This document shows, piece by piece, positions 56,426-64,000 of a stretch of 64,000 bases of DNA (its first letter is position 1; every line of letters starts with the position of its first letter). The DNA is from an uncultured Candidatus Rokubacteria bacterium (GTDB taxonomy: Bacteria > Methylomirabilota > Methylomirabilia > Rokubacteriales > CSP1-6), in the NCBI GenBank assembly GCA_963762145.1, contig CAVXJS010000014.1, forward strand, positions 448,001-512,000, written 5' to 3'. The notes under the pieces are model-generated. The model was not told the origin of the DNA. It was given only the letters and a program-made list of their open reading frames with translations, and did not search any database. A program made the translations under genes and the position numbers.

Positions 56426-57967
56426 TCAGGGCTTGAGCCGGACGTCTTCGTAGGGCGCCGAGTACGGGAACGCGGAGATGAGGCTGAGCGCGGGCTCCTC
56501 CACGCGAGGGCCCACGCCGCGGATGAAGCCGTTCTCCCAGATGGGAGCGAAGATCTTCTTCTCGTGCAGGATGCGCTGGATCTGGTGCAGAAGCTCCTCG
56601 CGCTTCTTGCGGTCGCGCTCGCGCGCCTGCCGCTCGAAGAGGTCCTGCACCTCGGGCAGCACGCCGGCGGTGTAGGGACCGCCCTTGACGGCCAGGATGG
56701 CCAGCCGCGTCGCCGCGTTGCCCGCGGGGCCGAGGCCGCCGAAGACCAGGCCCTTGAGCTTGCCCTGGGGCCAGGACGAGAAGAAGGCGGCGCGCTCCAT
56801 GGTGCGGATCTTCACGCGGATGCCGACCGCGGCGAGGTAGCTGGCGATGGCCTCGCCGGTGCCCTCGTAGGGCGGGGCGATCGTGAAGTCGCCCGCGTCG
56901 AGCCCGCGCGGGAAGCCGGCCTCCGCGAGCAGGCGCTTGGCCCGCGCGGGGTCGTAGGGGTCCCCGTCGATCGGCAGCGCGAACTCGAGCGCGCGCGGCA
57001 CCACGTTGCCGGTGATCCCGCCGAAGCCGAGCTGCTCGGCGTCGTTCATCGCCCGCCGGTCGATCGCGAGGCTCGCCGCCGCGCGCACCCGCGGATCTTG
57101 CCAGGGCGAGCCCGCCTCCCACTGCCCCCGGAAGTCGAGGAAGAAGACCGTGTTGCTGCGCACCGCCATGAGGCGCAGGCCCGGCGTGCGTCGCACCTCC
57201 TCCGCGATCGGCCCGTTGAGGAAGTAGGCCACGTCCACGTCGCCCCGTTTCAGCGCGGCGGCCCGGGTGGTCTCGTCGGGAAGGCTGCGGAAGATCAGCT
57301 TCTTCACGGACGGCGGCTTCCGCCAGTAGCCGTCGAAGGCCTCGAGCTGGAGCTCGACGCCGGGCGTGAAGCTGACCACCTTGTAGGGTCCCGCGCCGAC
57401 CGGGGCCTTCTTGAAGCCATCCTCGCCCACCTGCTCGATGTACTTCTTCGGCACGACCCAGCCCGCGCTGCTCGCGGTGGTGCCGTAGAAGGTGATGAAG
57501 TCCGGCCACGGCTCCTTCAGGTGGAACTGCAGGCGTCGGGCATCGAGCACGCGAACTTCGTGGACGCGCTCCTTGAAGGTGGTCGCGTTGGCCCCGCGGT
57601 AGCGCTCGAAGGAGAACTTCACGTCCTCCGCGGTCACCCGCTCGCCGTTGTGGAAGCGCGCGTTCGCCCGGAGCGTGAAATCGTAGACGAGGCCGTTCGG
57701 CGAGACGGTCCACGACTCGGCGAGGCTGGCCGCGCTGGGTCCCGACGGCATCGGCTTGAGCAGCGCGTCGTGGACCGCGTACAGGGTGAGGAAGGGCGTG
57801 ATCGAGCCCTCGGTCTCCGCCGGGTCGAGCCAGCGCGGAGCGAGGGTGAAGTGGACGGCCCAGATCATCTGGCCCGCGGGCGCGGCGCCCCCGGTCTGCG
57901 CCGAGCCGACCCCGGCCAGGCACGTCACGAGCACGATGACGACGAGGACGCCGGTGAGTCGTCGCAT
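56426..57967 (-). CDS. ABC substrate-binding protein family 5
   Basis: Signal peptide; WLDPAE, HDAL.KP.P, LAESW, FHNG...TAEDVKFS, PVGAGPY, D.RVR.A..AIDR. Confidence 0.92.
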   Translation of the reverse strand: MRRLTGVLVVIVLVTCLAGVGSAQTGGAAPAGQMIWAVHFTLAPRWLDPAETEGSITPFLTLYAVHDALLKPMPSGPSAASLAESWTVSPNGLVYDFTLRANARFHNGERVTAEDVKFSFERYRGANATTFKERVHEVRVLDARRLQFHLKEPWPDFITFYGTTASSAGWVVPKKYIEQVGEDGFKKAPVGAGPYKVVSFTPGVELQLEAFDGYWRKPPSVKKLIFRSLPDETTRAAALKRGDVDVAYFLNGPIAEEVRRTPGLRLMAVRSNTVFFLDFRGQWEAGSPWQDPRVRAAASLAIDRRAMNDAEQLGFGGITGNVVPRALEFALPIDGDPYDPARAKRLLAEAGFPRGLDAGDFTIAPPYEGTGEAIASYLAAVGIRVKIRTMERAAFFSSWPQGKLKGLVFGGLGPAGNAATRLAILAVKGGPYTAGVLPEVQDLFERQARERDRKKREELLHQIQRILHEKKIFAPIWENGFIRGVGPRVEEPALSLISAFPYSAPYEDVRLKP

Positions 57968-58036
57968 GGGCAGGCCCTCCGGGCGAGCCGAGGCCCGATG
58001 ATATAAACCTATTCGGGGCGAGTAAAGCGGAGAGTT

Positions 58037-58210
58037 TCAGGTCGGGCGGGAAAACAGCTGGCCGTCGGCTCCGTGCTCCATCTCATCGGCGAGAAGGAGC
58101 TGGTCCTCGTCGGCAACGAGCAGACGAAGCGCTTTCGCTTCGGCCCGGACCCGCTCGAGCTCACTTCGGAGCGCCGCATTCTCCCTGGCCAGGTCGATCA
58201 ACTGGAGCAT
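58037..58210 (-). CDS. Small hypothetical coiled-coil protein (57 aa)
   Basis: AGGAGG SD, sigma54-like promoter; MLQLIDLARENAALRSELERVRAEAKALRLL heptad pattern. Confidence 0.6.
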   Translation of the reverse strand: MLQLIDLARENAALRSELERVRAEAKALRLLVADEDQLLLADEMEHGADGQLFSRPT

Positions 58211-58234
58211 GGGTGTACCTCCTGGATCGTGAGT

Positions 58235-58250
58235 AGCAAGCGGTGCGCCA
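58235..58250 (-). promoter_or_regulatory. Putative sigma54 promoter
   Basis: TGGCGCACCGCTTGCT (GG-N10-GC) about 12 nt before the AGGAGG SD. Confidence 0.65.
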
Positions 58251-58448
58251 GCAGCTGGAGCCCCCGAGGGCCGGAAAATCCAGCCGATACGAAACACCGG
58301 GCCGGCGCCGGGCGGAATTTTCTACTCGGCTACCTGATAAGAACTTCCTCCCCGCGCGAGAGGAAGGATCGTCGGCTCCGGTAACGCCTACCGGACACCT
58401 TGGTCGGTGGGCCGCGACAGTCGGACGTGTTCCTCGGCGTTTAGGAGT

Positions 58449-58464
58449 CGGCACACGCCTTGCG
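58449..58464 (+). promoter_or_regulatory. Putative sigma54 promoter
   Basis: CGGCACACGCCTTGCG (GG-N10-GC) before GGGAGG SD and ATG 58490. Confidence 0.6.
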
Positions 58465-58489
58465 ATGAGATATGTCGGGAGGATTCGTC

Positions 58490-58708
58490 ATGATCGAAGC
58501 CATCTCGATGTTCCTGATCGGTCTGGGCGCGGTGCTGGTCTCGCTGGCGTCGACACTTGGTCTCGCATGGCTCGCCGTCCTCATTCCCGTGTCGATCGCC
58601 GCCGCGGCCGCGGTCTGGCTGTTCCGACTGAGCCGGCGCGGACGCCGCCGCGTGCACGCCAACCGGATCATGCGTGCAAAGCGACCCGAGCGTCGGATGG
58701 CGGCATGA
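58490..58708 (+). CDS. Small two-TM membrane protein with basic tail (72 aa)
   Basis: GGGAGG SD; MIEAISMFLIGLGAVLVSLASTLGLAWLAVLIPVSIAAAAAVWLF then RRGRRR. Confidence 0.6.
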   Translation: MIEAISMFLIGLGAVLVSLASTLGLAWLAVLIPVSIAAAAAVWLFRLSRRGRRRVHANRIMRAKRPERRMAA

Positions 58709-58737
58709 GCCCGGACGGGAAAGGAGGCCACCGACCA

Positions 58738-59079
58738 ATGAGGATCAAGACGAGGATCAAGACCGCGCTGGTGATCGGCACTCTGGCCGCGCTTGGACTG
58801 GCGAGTCCCTCTTGCTTCGCGGTCGAGCCCGGGCCGACGAACGAGCGAGAGATGGCCCCGCCCGCCAAGAATCTCCGTCATGCGACCGGGACAGTGGTCT
58901 CGGTGAACACGATGGCGCGCATGCTCACGCTCCAGACTCCCGGTGGCGGCACGATGCGGCTGACCGCGGAGGCGGGGCTCACCCCCAAGCTCGGCACCTT
59001 GAAGAAGGGTGAGCGGGTCAAGGTGAGCTACAAGCACAGCCAAGGGGAGAGGATCGCCACCAAGATCATCTTGGTCTGA
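58738..59079 (+). CDS. Small exported OB-fold-like protein (DUF1344/CusF-like)
   Basis: AAGGAGG SD; signal peptide; ATGTVVSVN...LTL and LKKGERVKVSY...ATKI pattern. Confidence 0.7.
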   Translation: MRIKTRIKTALVIGTLAALGLASPSCFAVEPGPTNEREMAPPAKNLRHATGTVVSVNTMARMLTLQTPGGGTMRLTAEAGLTPKLGTLKKGERVKVSYKHSQGERIATKIILV

Positions 59080-59120
59080 GCCCGAGTCCGCCGCCTCGCG
59101 GCCGCTCCGCGCGCGCCGGG

Positions 59121-59129
59121 TGCTATAAT
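59121..59129 (+). promoter_or_regulatory. Extended -10 promoter element
   Basis: TGCTATAAT (TGnTATAAT) upstream of AAGGAG SD and ATG 59163. Confidence 0.55.
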
Positions 59130-59162
59130 CCCGGCGCTCACCCCACAAGGAGCGAGGCCGCC

Positions 59163-59504
59163 ATGAAGACATTCCGGCTCTACACCGGCAAGGACGGGCA
59201 GTCCCACATCGAACCGATCGATCTCGCGCAAACCCCCTCGTGGACCAAGGGGCTCGCGACGACCCAGATCTCCTTCCGCGAGAGCCCGGTCGGCAACTTC
59301 ATCGACTGGCATCCCGCCCCGCGCCGCCAGTTCGTCATCATCCTCTCCGGCCAGCTCGAGATCGGTCTGGGCGACGGCTCCAAGCAGGTCTTCGGCCCCG
59401 GTGACGCGCGGCTGGTGGAGGACACCACCGGGAAGGGTCACACCACGCGGGTACACGGCAGCGTGCCGTGCCTCACCGCCACCATTCCGCTCGAGGAGCA
59501 ATGA
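59163..59504 (+). CDS. Cupin-fold hypothetical protein
   Basis: RLYTG.DGQSH.E, WHPAPRRQF, G.LEI, EDTTGKGH. Confidence 0.85.
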   Translation: MKTFRLYTGKDGQSHIEPIDLAQTPSWTKGLATTQISFRESPVGNFIDWHPAPRRQFVIILSGQLEIGLGDGSKQVFGPGDARLVEDTTGKGHTTRVHGSVPCLTATIPLEEQ

Positions 59505-59505
59505 G

Positions 59506-60480
59506 ATGGCCACCAAGATCCTCTTCGCCCCCAAGCAGTCCGACGCGGTCATGGAGATCGCCCGCTCCCTCACCCCCGCCGGCTTCGAGCTGCTGGTCGC
59601 CGAGTTCGGCACGCCCGAGTTCTACGCCGCGGCCGGCCAGGCCGACTACTACCTGGGCCTGGCCCGCCAGATGGGCGGGGAGTTCTTCCGCTCCGCGCCC
59701 AACCTGAAGCTGGTGCAGCTCCTCTCCGCGGGCTACGACCGGGTGGACATCGAGGCGGCCCGCAAGGCGAAGGTCCCGGTCTCGAACAACGGCGGAGCCA
59801 ACGCGATCGCGGTGGCCGAGCACACGATCATGCTGATGCTCGCGGTGCTCAAGCGCGTGGTGAAGTTCCACAACGACGTGGTGGCGGGCAAGTGGCGGGT
59901 GGGCGGCTTCGACGATCAGCGCGTCTACGAGCTCTCGCGCCGGACCCTCGGCATCGTCGGCCTCGGCAACATCGGCAAGAAGGTCGCGCGGCGCGCGGCC
60001 GCCTTCGACATGACCGTGCAGTACTACGACATCGCGCGCCTCACCGAGGCCGAGGAGGACGCGCTCGGCGTCCGCTTCGTGCTGCTCCCCGAGCTGCTGC
60101 GCAGCTCCGACGTGGTGAGCCTGCACGTGCCGCTCGACGACTCGACCCGCCACCTGATGGGCGCGGCCCAGTTCGCCCAGATGAAGCCGGGCGCGATCCT
60201 GATCAACACCTGCCGGGGCCCGGTGGTGGACGAGGCCGCGCTCTACACCGCGCTCACCAAGGACCAGGTCGCGGCGGCCGGGCTCGACGTGCTGGTGGAC
60301 GAGCCGCCCGCCAAGGACCATCCGCTCTTCCACCTGCCGAACGTGACCCTGACCCCGCACTCGGCGGGCCCCACGTGGGAGAACTGGACCGCCCGCTTCC
60401 GCAACGGGTTCGACAACATCCAGCGCGTGGCCGCGGGCCGCGCGCCCAAGTGGGTGATCCCGGAGCTCCAGCAGCCGTGA
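59506..60480 (+). CDS. D-2-hydroxyacid dehydrogenase
   Basis: SAGYD, VAEH, GLGNIG, INTCRG, LDV...EP, TPHSAG. Confidence 0.93.
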   Translation: MATKILFAPKQSDAVMEIARSLTPAGFELLVAEFGTPEFYAAAGQADYYLGLARQMGGEFFRSAPNLKLVQLLSAGYDRVDIEAARKAKVPVSNNGGANAIAVAEHTIMLMLAVLKRVVKFHNDVVAGKWRVGGFDDQRVYELSRRTLGIVGLGNIGKKVARRAAAFDMTVQYYDIARLTEAEEDALGVRFVLLPELLRSSDVVSLHVPLDDSTRHLMGAAQFAQMKPGAILINTCRGPVVDEAALYTALTKDQVAAAGLDVLVDEPPAKDHPLFHLPNVTLTPHSAGPTWENWTARFRNGFDNIQRVAAGRAPKWVIPELQQP

Positions 60481-61439
60481 AGATCCTCTTCGTCCCGAAC
60501 CTGATCGTCTCCGGCCTCACCGAGGCGGACCGGGCTGGCATCCTGGAGGCGGCGGGCCCCGGCGCGCGCCTCGTGGAGGTCAAGGACAAGGCGGGCCAGC
60601 GGCGCGAGCTGCCGGACACCGACGTCATCTTCGGGCGCGTGAGCCCCGAGCTCTTCTCGCTCGCCACGCGTCTCGTCTACTACCACTCGATCGGCGCCGG
60701 GGTGGACAGCATCCTCACCCCGGAGCTGATCAATCACGACGTGCCGCTGGCCAGCGAGAAGGGCGAGGTCGGCATCCATCTGGCCGAGCACGCTTTCGCC
60801 CTGCTGCTCGCGCTGACCCGCGGGCTGCACACCGCGATCCGCACCCCCGACTACGAGCTGCGCGAGCCCATCCGCGTCCACCAGCGCGAGCTCTACGAGC
60901 AGACGATGGGCATCGTGGGCTTCGGCGGCACCGGCCGCGCGGTGGCCCGCCGCGCGGTGGGCTTCGGCATGCGCGTCCTCGGCGTCGACGTCGAGCGCGT
61001 CGATCCCGAGCCCGGGGTGGAAGCGATCTGGCCCGCCGACCGTCTCGCCGACCTCCTCGCCGCCTCCGACGCGGTGGTGATCGGCCTCCCGCTCACCAAG
61101 GCCACCCACCACCTCTTCACCCGCGAGCGCTTCCTCCAGATGAAGCGCACCGCCATCCTCATCAACGTGACCCGCGGCGAGATCATCCGCGGCGAAGACG
61201 TCCTCGCCGCCCTCGAGGAGAACCTGATCTGGGCCGTCGGCCTCGACGTCACGGACCCCGAGCCCTTGCCGAAGAACCATCCACTCTGGATGCACCCGAG
61301 GGCGATCATCACGCCGCACACCGCGGGCGGCTCCCCCCGCCGCGCCGGTCGCGTGATCGCCACCTTCTGCGAGAACCTCCGCCGCCGCCGCGACGGCCGC
61401 CCCCTCATCGCCCTGATCGACAAGCAGAAGGGCTACTAG
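60477..61439 (+). CDS. D-2-hydroxyacid dehydrogenase, second copy
   Basis: GTGA overlap; GAGVD, LAEH, GFGGTG, INVTRG, LDVTDPEPL, TPHTAG. Confidence 0.93.
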   Translation: MKILFVPNLIVSGLTEADRAGILEAAGPGARLVEVKDKAGQRRELPDTDVIFGRVSPELFSLATRLVYYHSIGAGVDSILTPELINHDVPLASEKGEVGIHLAEHAFALLLALTRGLHTAIRTPDYELREPIRVHQRELYEQTMGIVGFGGTGRAVARRAVGFGMRVLGVDVERVDPEPGVEAIWPADRLADLLAASDAVVIGLPLTKATHHLFTRERFLQMKRTAILINVTRGEIIRGEDVLAALEENLIWAVGLDVTDPEPLPKNHPLWMHPRAIITPHTAGGSPRRAGRVIATFCENLRRRRDGRPLIALIDKQKGY

Positions 61440-61444
61440 CGCGA

Positions 61445-62239
61445 TCAGACGTCGGCGCGAGGCTCCAGCAGCAGCGTCTGGAGCGAGCGCCCGATCGGGC
61501 CGGCGGTGTCCCAGAGTCGCGTGCGCGTCAGGCCGATGCCGGGCGCCTCGCCGGTGGTGGCCGCGTCGAGGCACATCCATTCACCGGTCGGGGCGCGCGG
61601 CAGGGCGATGGTCAGGTCGGCTTTCACGAAGGTGGCGAGGGCCGGGTCCACCGAGACGGCCACACCGCTCGCGGAGTCGGCGCAGGCCACGAGACACTCG
61701 AGCGGCGACGTCGGCGTCTCGCCCGCGACGAGCGGCACGCGAAGCCGGAGCCACGCGGCGACCGGCCCCCGCCCCCACGTTCCGCTCGCGATCCGCCACT
61801 CGACGGCGCGGTGGTAGCCCTCGTCGCCGGACATGAGCGGCAGCTCGAAGGGTGCGCTCCCGGCCGGCGGCGCCGGCGCCGCGGGCGCCTCGAGCGGGAG
61901 CGCGATCAGGTACGGGGTCACGCGCACCACGAGGCACGTCGCTTCGATCACGGCGGTGCCGTCCTCGGCCAGGACCGTGCCGGCGAGGCGCTGGACCTTG
62001 GCGCCGGCGCGGACCACGCGGGTGGCGATCGTCAGCGGTGCCAGCGGCACCGGGCGCAGGAAGTCGAAGGTCAGGCGCGCGATCTGCCCCTCGGCCGCGG
62101 CGTGGCGCGCGAACGCGCGGGCGAGGAGCGCGGCGGGCGGCCCGCCGTGCTGGTGCCGCGCGTTCCACGGGCCGCGGGCCGACGCGGACGGCACGAACCG
62201 ATCGCGGTCGGCGGCGAAGAAGGGCGGGAGCTGGCTCAG
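61445..62239 (-). CDS. Acyl-CoA thioesterase family (TesB-like double hot-dog); start uncertain
   Basis: RGPW....QHGGPPAALLA, R.T.DFLRPVP, ADS.SG, DLT....R.P.GEW..LDA. Confidence 0.85.
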   Translation of the reverse strand: MSQLPPFFAADRDRFVPSASARGPWNARHQHGGPPAALLARAFARHAAAEGQIARLTFDFLRPVPLAPLTIATRVVRAGAKVQRLAGTVLAEDGTAVIEATCLVVRVTPYLIALPLEAPAAPAPPAGSAPFELPLMSGDEGYHRAVEWRIASGTWGRGPVAAWLRLRVPLVAGETPTSPLECLVACADSASGVAVSVDPALATFVKADLTIALPRAPTGEWMCLDAATTGEAPGIGLTRTRLWDTAGPIGRSLQTLLLEPRADV

Positions 62240-62256
62240 GGCGGGCGCCGCGGGCG

Positions 62257-63510
62257 CTAGATGACGACCGACGCGATGTCGACCGAGGACCGCAGCCCTT
62301 CGACGACCACGATGCCGGATTCGGTCACGTGGTGTCGCCGCTTGTCCAGCTCGAGGTCGTACCCGACCGTCGCCCCCTCGGGAATGCGCACGTTCTTGTC
62401 GAGGATGGCGCGCCGGATCTTCGCCCGCCGGCCGATGTCGCAGTTGTCGAGGATCACCGAGTCCTCGACCACCGCGCCGGTGTGCACCCGCACGTGGCGC
62501 CCCAGCACCGAGTTGCGCACCATGCCGCCCGAGAGGATGCAGCCGCCCGAGACCGTCGAGTCGATGGCCTGGCCGCGGCGCCCGTCGTCGTCGAAGGTGA
62601 ACTTGGCGGGCGGGTCGGCGTAGCTGGCGGTTCGCAGCGGCCACTGGCGGTTGTAGAGGTTCAGCGCCGGGCTCACCGCGCGCAGGTCCATGTGCGCCTC
62701 GTAGTAGGCCTCGAGCGTCCCCACGTCGCGCCAGTAGACCGCCGAGCCCGTGGCCTCGCCGGGGATCTGGTTGGACTGAAAGTCGTAGGCGAACATGTCG
62801 AGGCGGTTCACCAGCGACGGCAGCACGTCCCGTCCGAAGTCGTGGCTGCTGTTCTCGCGGGCCGCGTCCGCGTAGAGCTCGCGCAGGAGGGTCCGGGTCG
62901 AGAAGATGTAGTTGCCCATGGAGGCGAAGACGCGGTCCGGATCCCCCGGGATGGTGGGTGCGTCGGCGCGCTTCTCGTGGAAGCCGATGATGTGGCCGTC
63001 CCGCGCGGTCTCGATCACCCCGAAATCGGCGGCGTAGCGCCGATCCACCGGGATCGCGGCCACCGTGATCTCGGCGCGCTTCTGCTCGTGGAACTCGATC
63101 ATGCTCGAGATGTTCATCCGGTAGATGTGGTCGGCCCCGAAGATGGCGACCAGGTGCGGATCGGACTGCTCGATGAGATTGGCGTTCTGGTAGATCGCGT
63201 CCGCGGTGCCCCGATACCACGATTCTCCCGCCGAGCGCATCTGGGCGGGCACCGGGATGATGAACTGGTCCTTGAGGAGGCCGCCGAACTGCCAGCCGTC
63301 CGAGAGGTGCTGCAGCAGCGACTGGCTCTTGAACTGGGTCAGGACGTAGATCGAATGGATCCCCGAATTGATGAAGTTGCTGAGGACGAAGTCGACGATG
63401 CGGTACTTGCCCCCGAAGGGGACCGCCGGCTTCGCCCGCTCCTTGGTCAGCGGATAGAGACGGGTGCCCTTGCCACCTGCCAGCACGATTCCGAGGACCC
63501 GGAGTCTCAT
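62257..63510 (-). CDS. glgC: Glucose-1-phosphate adenylyltransferase
   Basis: LAGGKGTRLYPLT.ERAKPAVPFGG.YRIVDF.LSN, WYRGTADA, GADH.Y.M, ASMGNY, HDFG.D, YWRDVGT, beta-helix C-terminus. Confidence 0.97.
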   Translation of the reverse strand: MRLRVLGIVLAGGKGTRLYPLTKERAKPAVPFGGKYRIVDFVLSNFINSGIHSIYVLTQFKSQSLLQHLSDGWQFGGLLKDQFIIPVPAQMRSAGESWYRGTADAIYQNANLIEQSDPHLVAIFGADHIYRMNISSMIEFHEQKRAEITVAAIPVDRRYAADFGVIETARDGHIIGFHEKRADAPTIPGDPDRVFASMGNYIFSTRTLLRELYADAARENSSHDFGRDVLPSLVNRLDMFAYDFQSNQIPGEATGSAVYWRDVGTLEAYYEAHMDLRAVSPALNLYNRQWPLRTASYADPPAKFTFDDDGRRGQAIDSTVSGGCILSGGMVRNSVLGRHVRVHTGAVVEDSVILDNCDIGRRAKIRRAILDKNVRIPEGATVGYDLELDKRRHHVTESGIVVVEGLRSSVDIASVVI

Positions 63511-63710
63511 GGGCGTCGCTCTCGCGAGCTAGCCTACCATGCGGCCGGGCCGGGAATAGGGCGACGCCCGCCTCCGCCAGCCTGTATACTGGGGGCCGTC
63601 TGGTCCAGGTAGCGGCTCACCTTCGAGTCCCCCACATCAGGCAGCGTCTCCGGTCCCTTCCGCGCGTCAGAGACGTTCCATCGTGCGGAAGCACCAGTCA
63701 GGAGACCCTC

Positions 63711-64000
63711 ATGTCCCAGAAACTCTACGTCGGCGGTATTGCATTCACGACCACCAGCGAAGGCCTGCGCGCGCACTTCACGCAGTCCGGCACCGTCGTC
63801 TCGGCCGCGGTCGTGACCGATCAGTTCTCCGGCCAGTCCCGCGGCTTCGGCTTCGTCGAGATGTCCACCGCCGACGAGGCGCAGCAGGCGGTCACCCAGC
63901 TCAACGAGCGCCCGCTCGACGGGCGGTCGCTCAAGGTCGAGGTCGCGAAGCCCAAGACCGACAAGCCCCGCAGCAGCGGCGGCGGGTTCGGCGGTCGCAG
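63711..64000 (+). CDS. RRM (RNP-1) RNA-binding protein, 3' end outside the window
   Basis: AGGAG SD; MSQKLYVGG (RNP2), SRGFGFVEM (RNP1), GRSLKVEVAKP, Gly-rich tail. Confidence 0.95.
   Translation, partial: MSQKLYVGGIAFTTTSEGLRAHFTQSGTVVSAAVVTDQFSGQSRGFGFVEMSTADEAQQAVTQLNERPLDGRSLKVEVAKPKTDKPRSSGGGFGGR

Noticed and set aside
57970-59120. Prophage or IS remnant explaining the lower GC
   Set aside because: No integrase or transposase fragment, terminal inverted repeat, target duplication or tRNA was seen
1-64000. tRNA, rRNA, tmRNA or known riboswitch genes
   Set aside because: Intergenic gaps are short and I saw no cloverleaf, T-loop or recognisable riboswitch consensus by eye; an Infernal/tRNAscan run would be needed to exclude them fully

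Overview
High-GC (roughly 70%+) bacterial chromosomal segment, densely coding, with about 60 genes. The gene content and repeat style suggest Ca. Rokubacteria/Methylomirabilota, but this is inference only. Most genes serve organic-compound scavenging: ABC solute-binding proteins and permeases, amidase, amidohydrolases, LLM monooxygenases, DinB proteins, Fe(II)/2OG and Rieske oxygenases, a quinohemoprotein alcohol dehydrogenase, hydantoinase/oxoprolinase A+B, SDRs and 2-hydroxyacid dehydrogenases. glgC and an RRM protein lie at the right end. I found no rRNA, tRNA, CRISPR array, transposase or phage genes. The most notable observations: (i) an uncharacterised cluster of Pro/aromatic-rich exported proteins (DUF6600-like protein, YWYYC protein, glycine-zipper lipoprotein, repeat lipoprotein) at 12.9-16.5 kb with ECF-like and sigma54-like promoters; (ii) four sigma54 -24/-12 motifs, two of them driving a divergent small-protein locus at 58 kb; (iii) two families of short palindromic repeats found both between genes and in frame inside genes; (iv) a stand-alone flavin-dependent halogenase-like gene flanked by two DinB paralogues; (v) a fused four-domain CydDC-like exporter; (vi) a 41.8-45.7 kb tract with many single-base frameshifts, most likely sequencing error.
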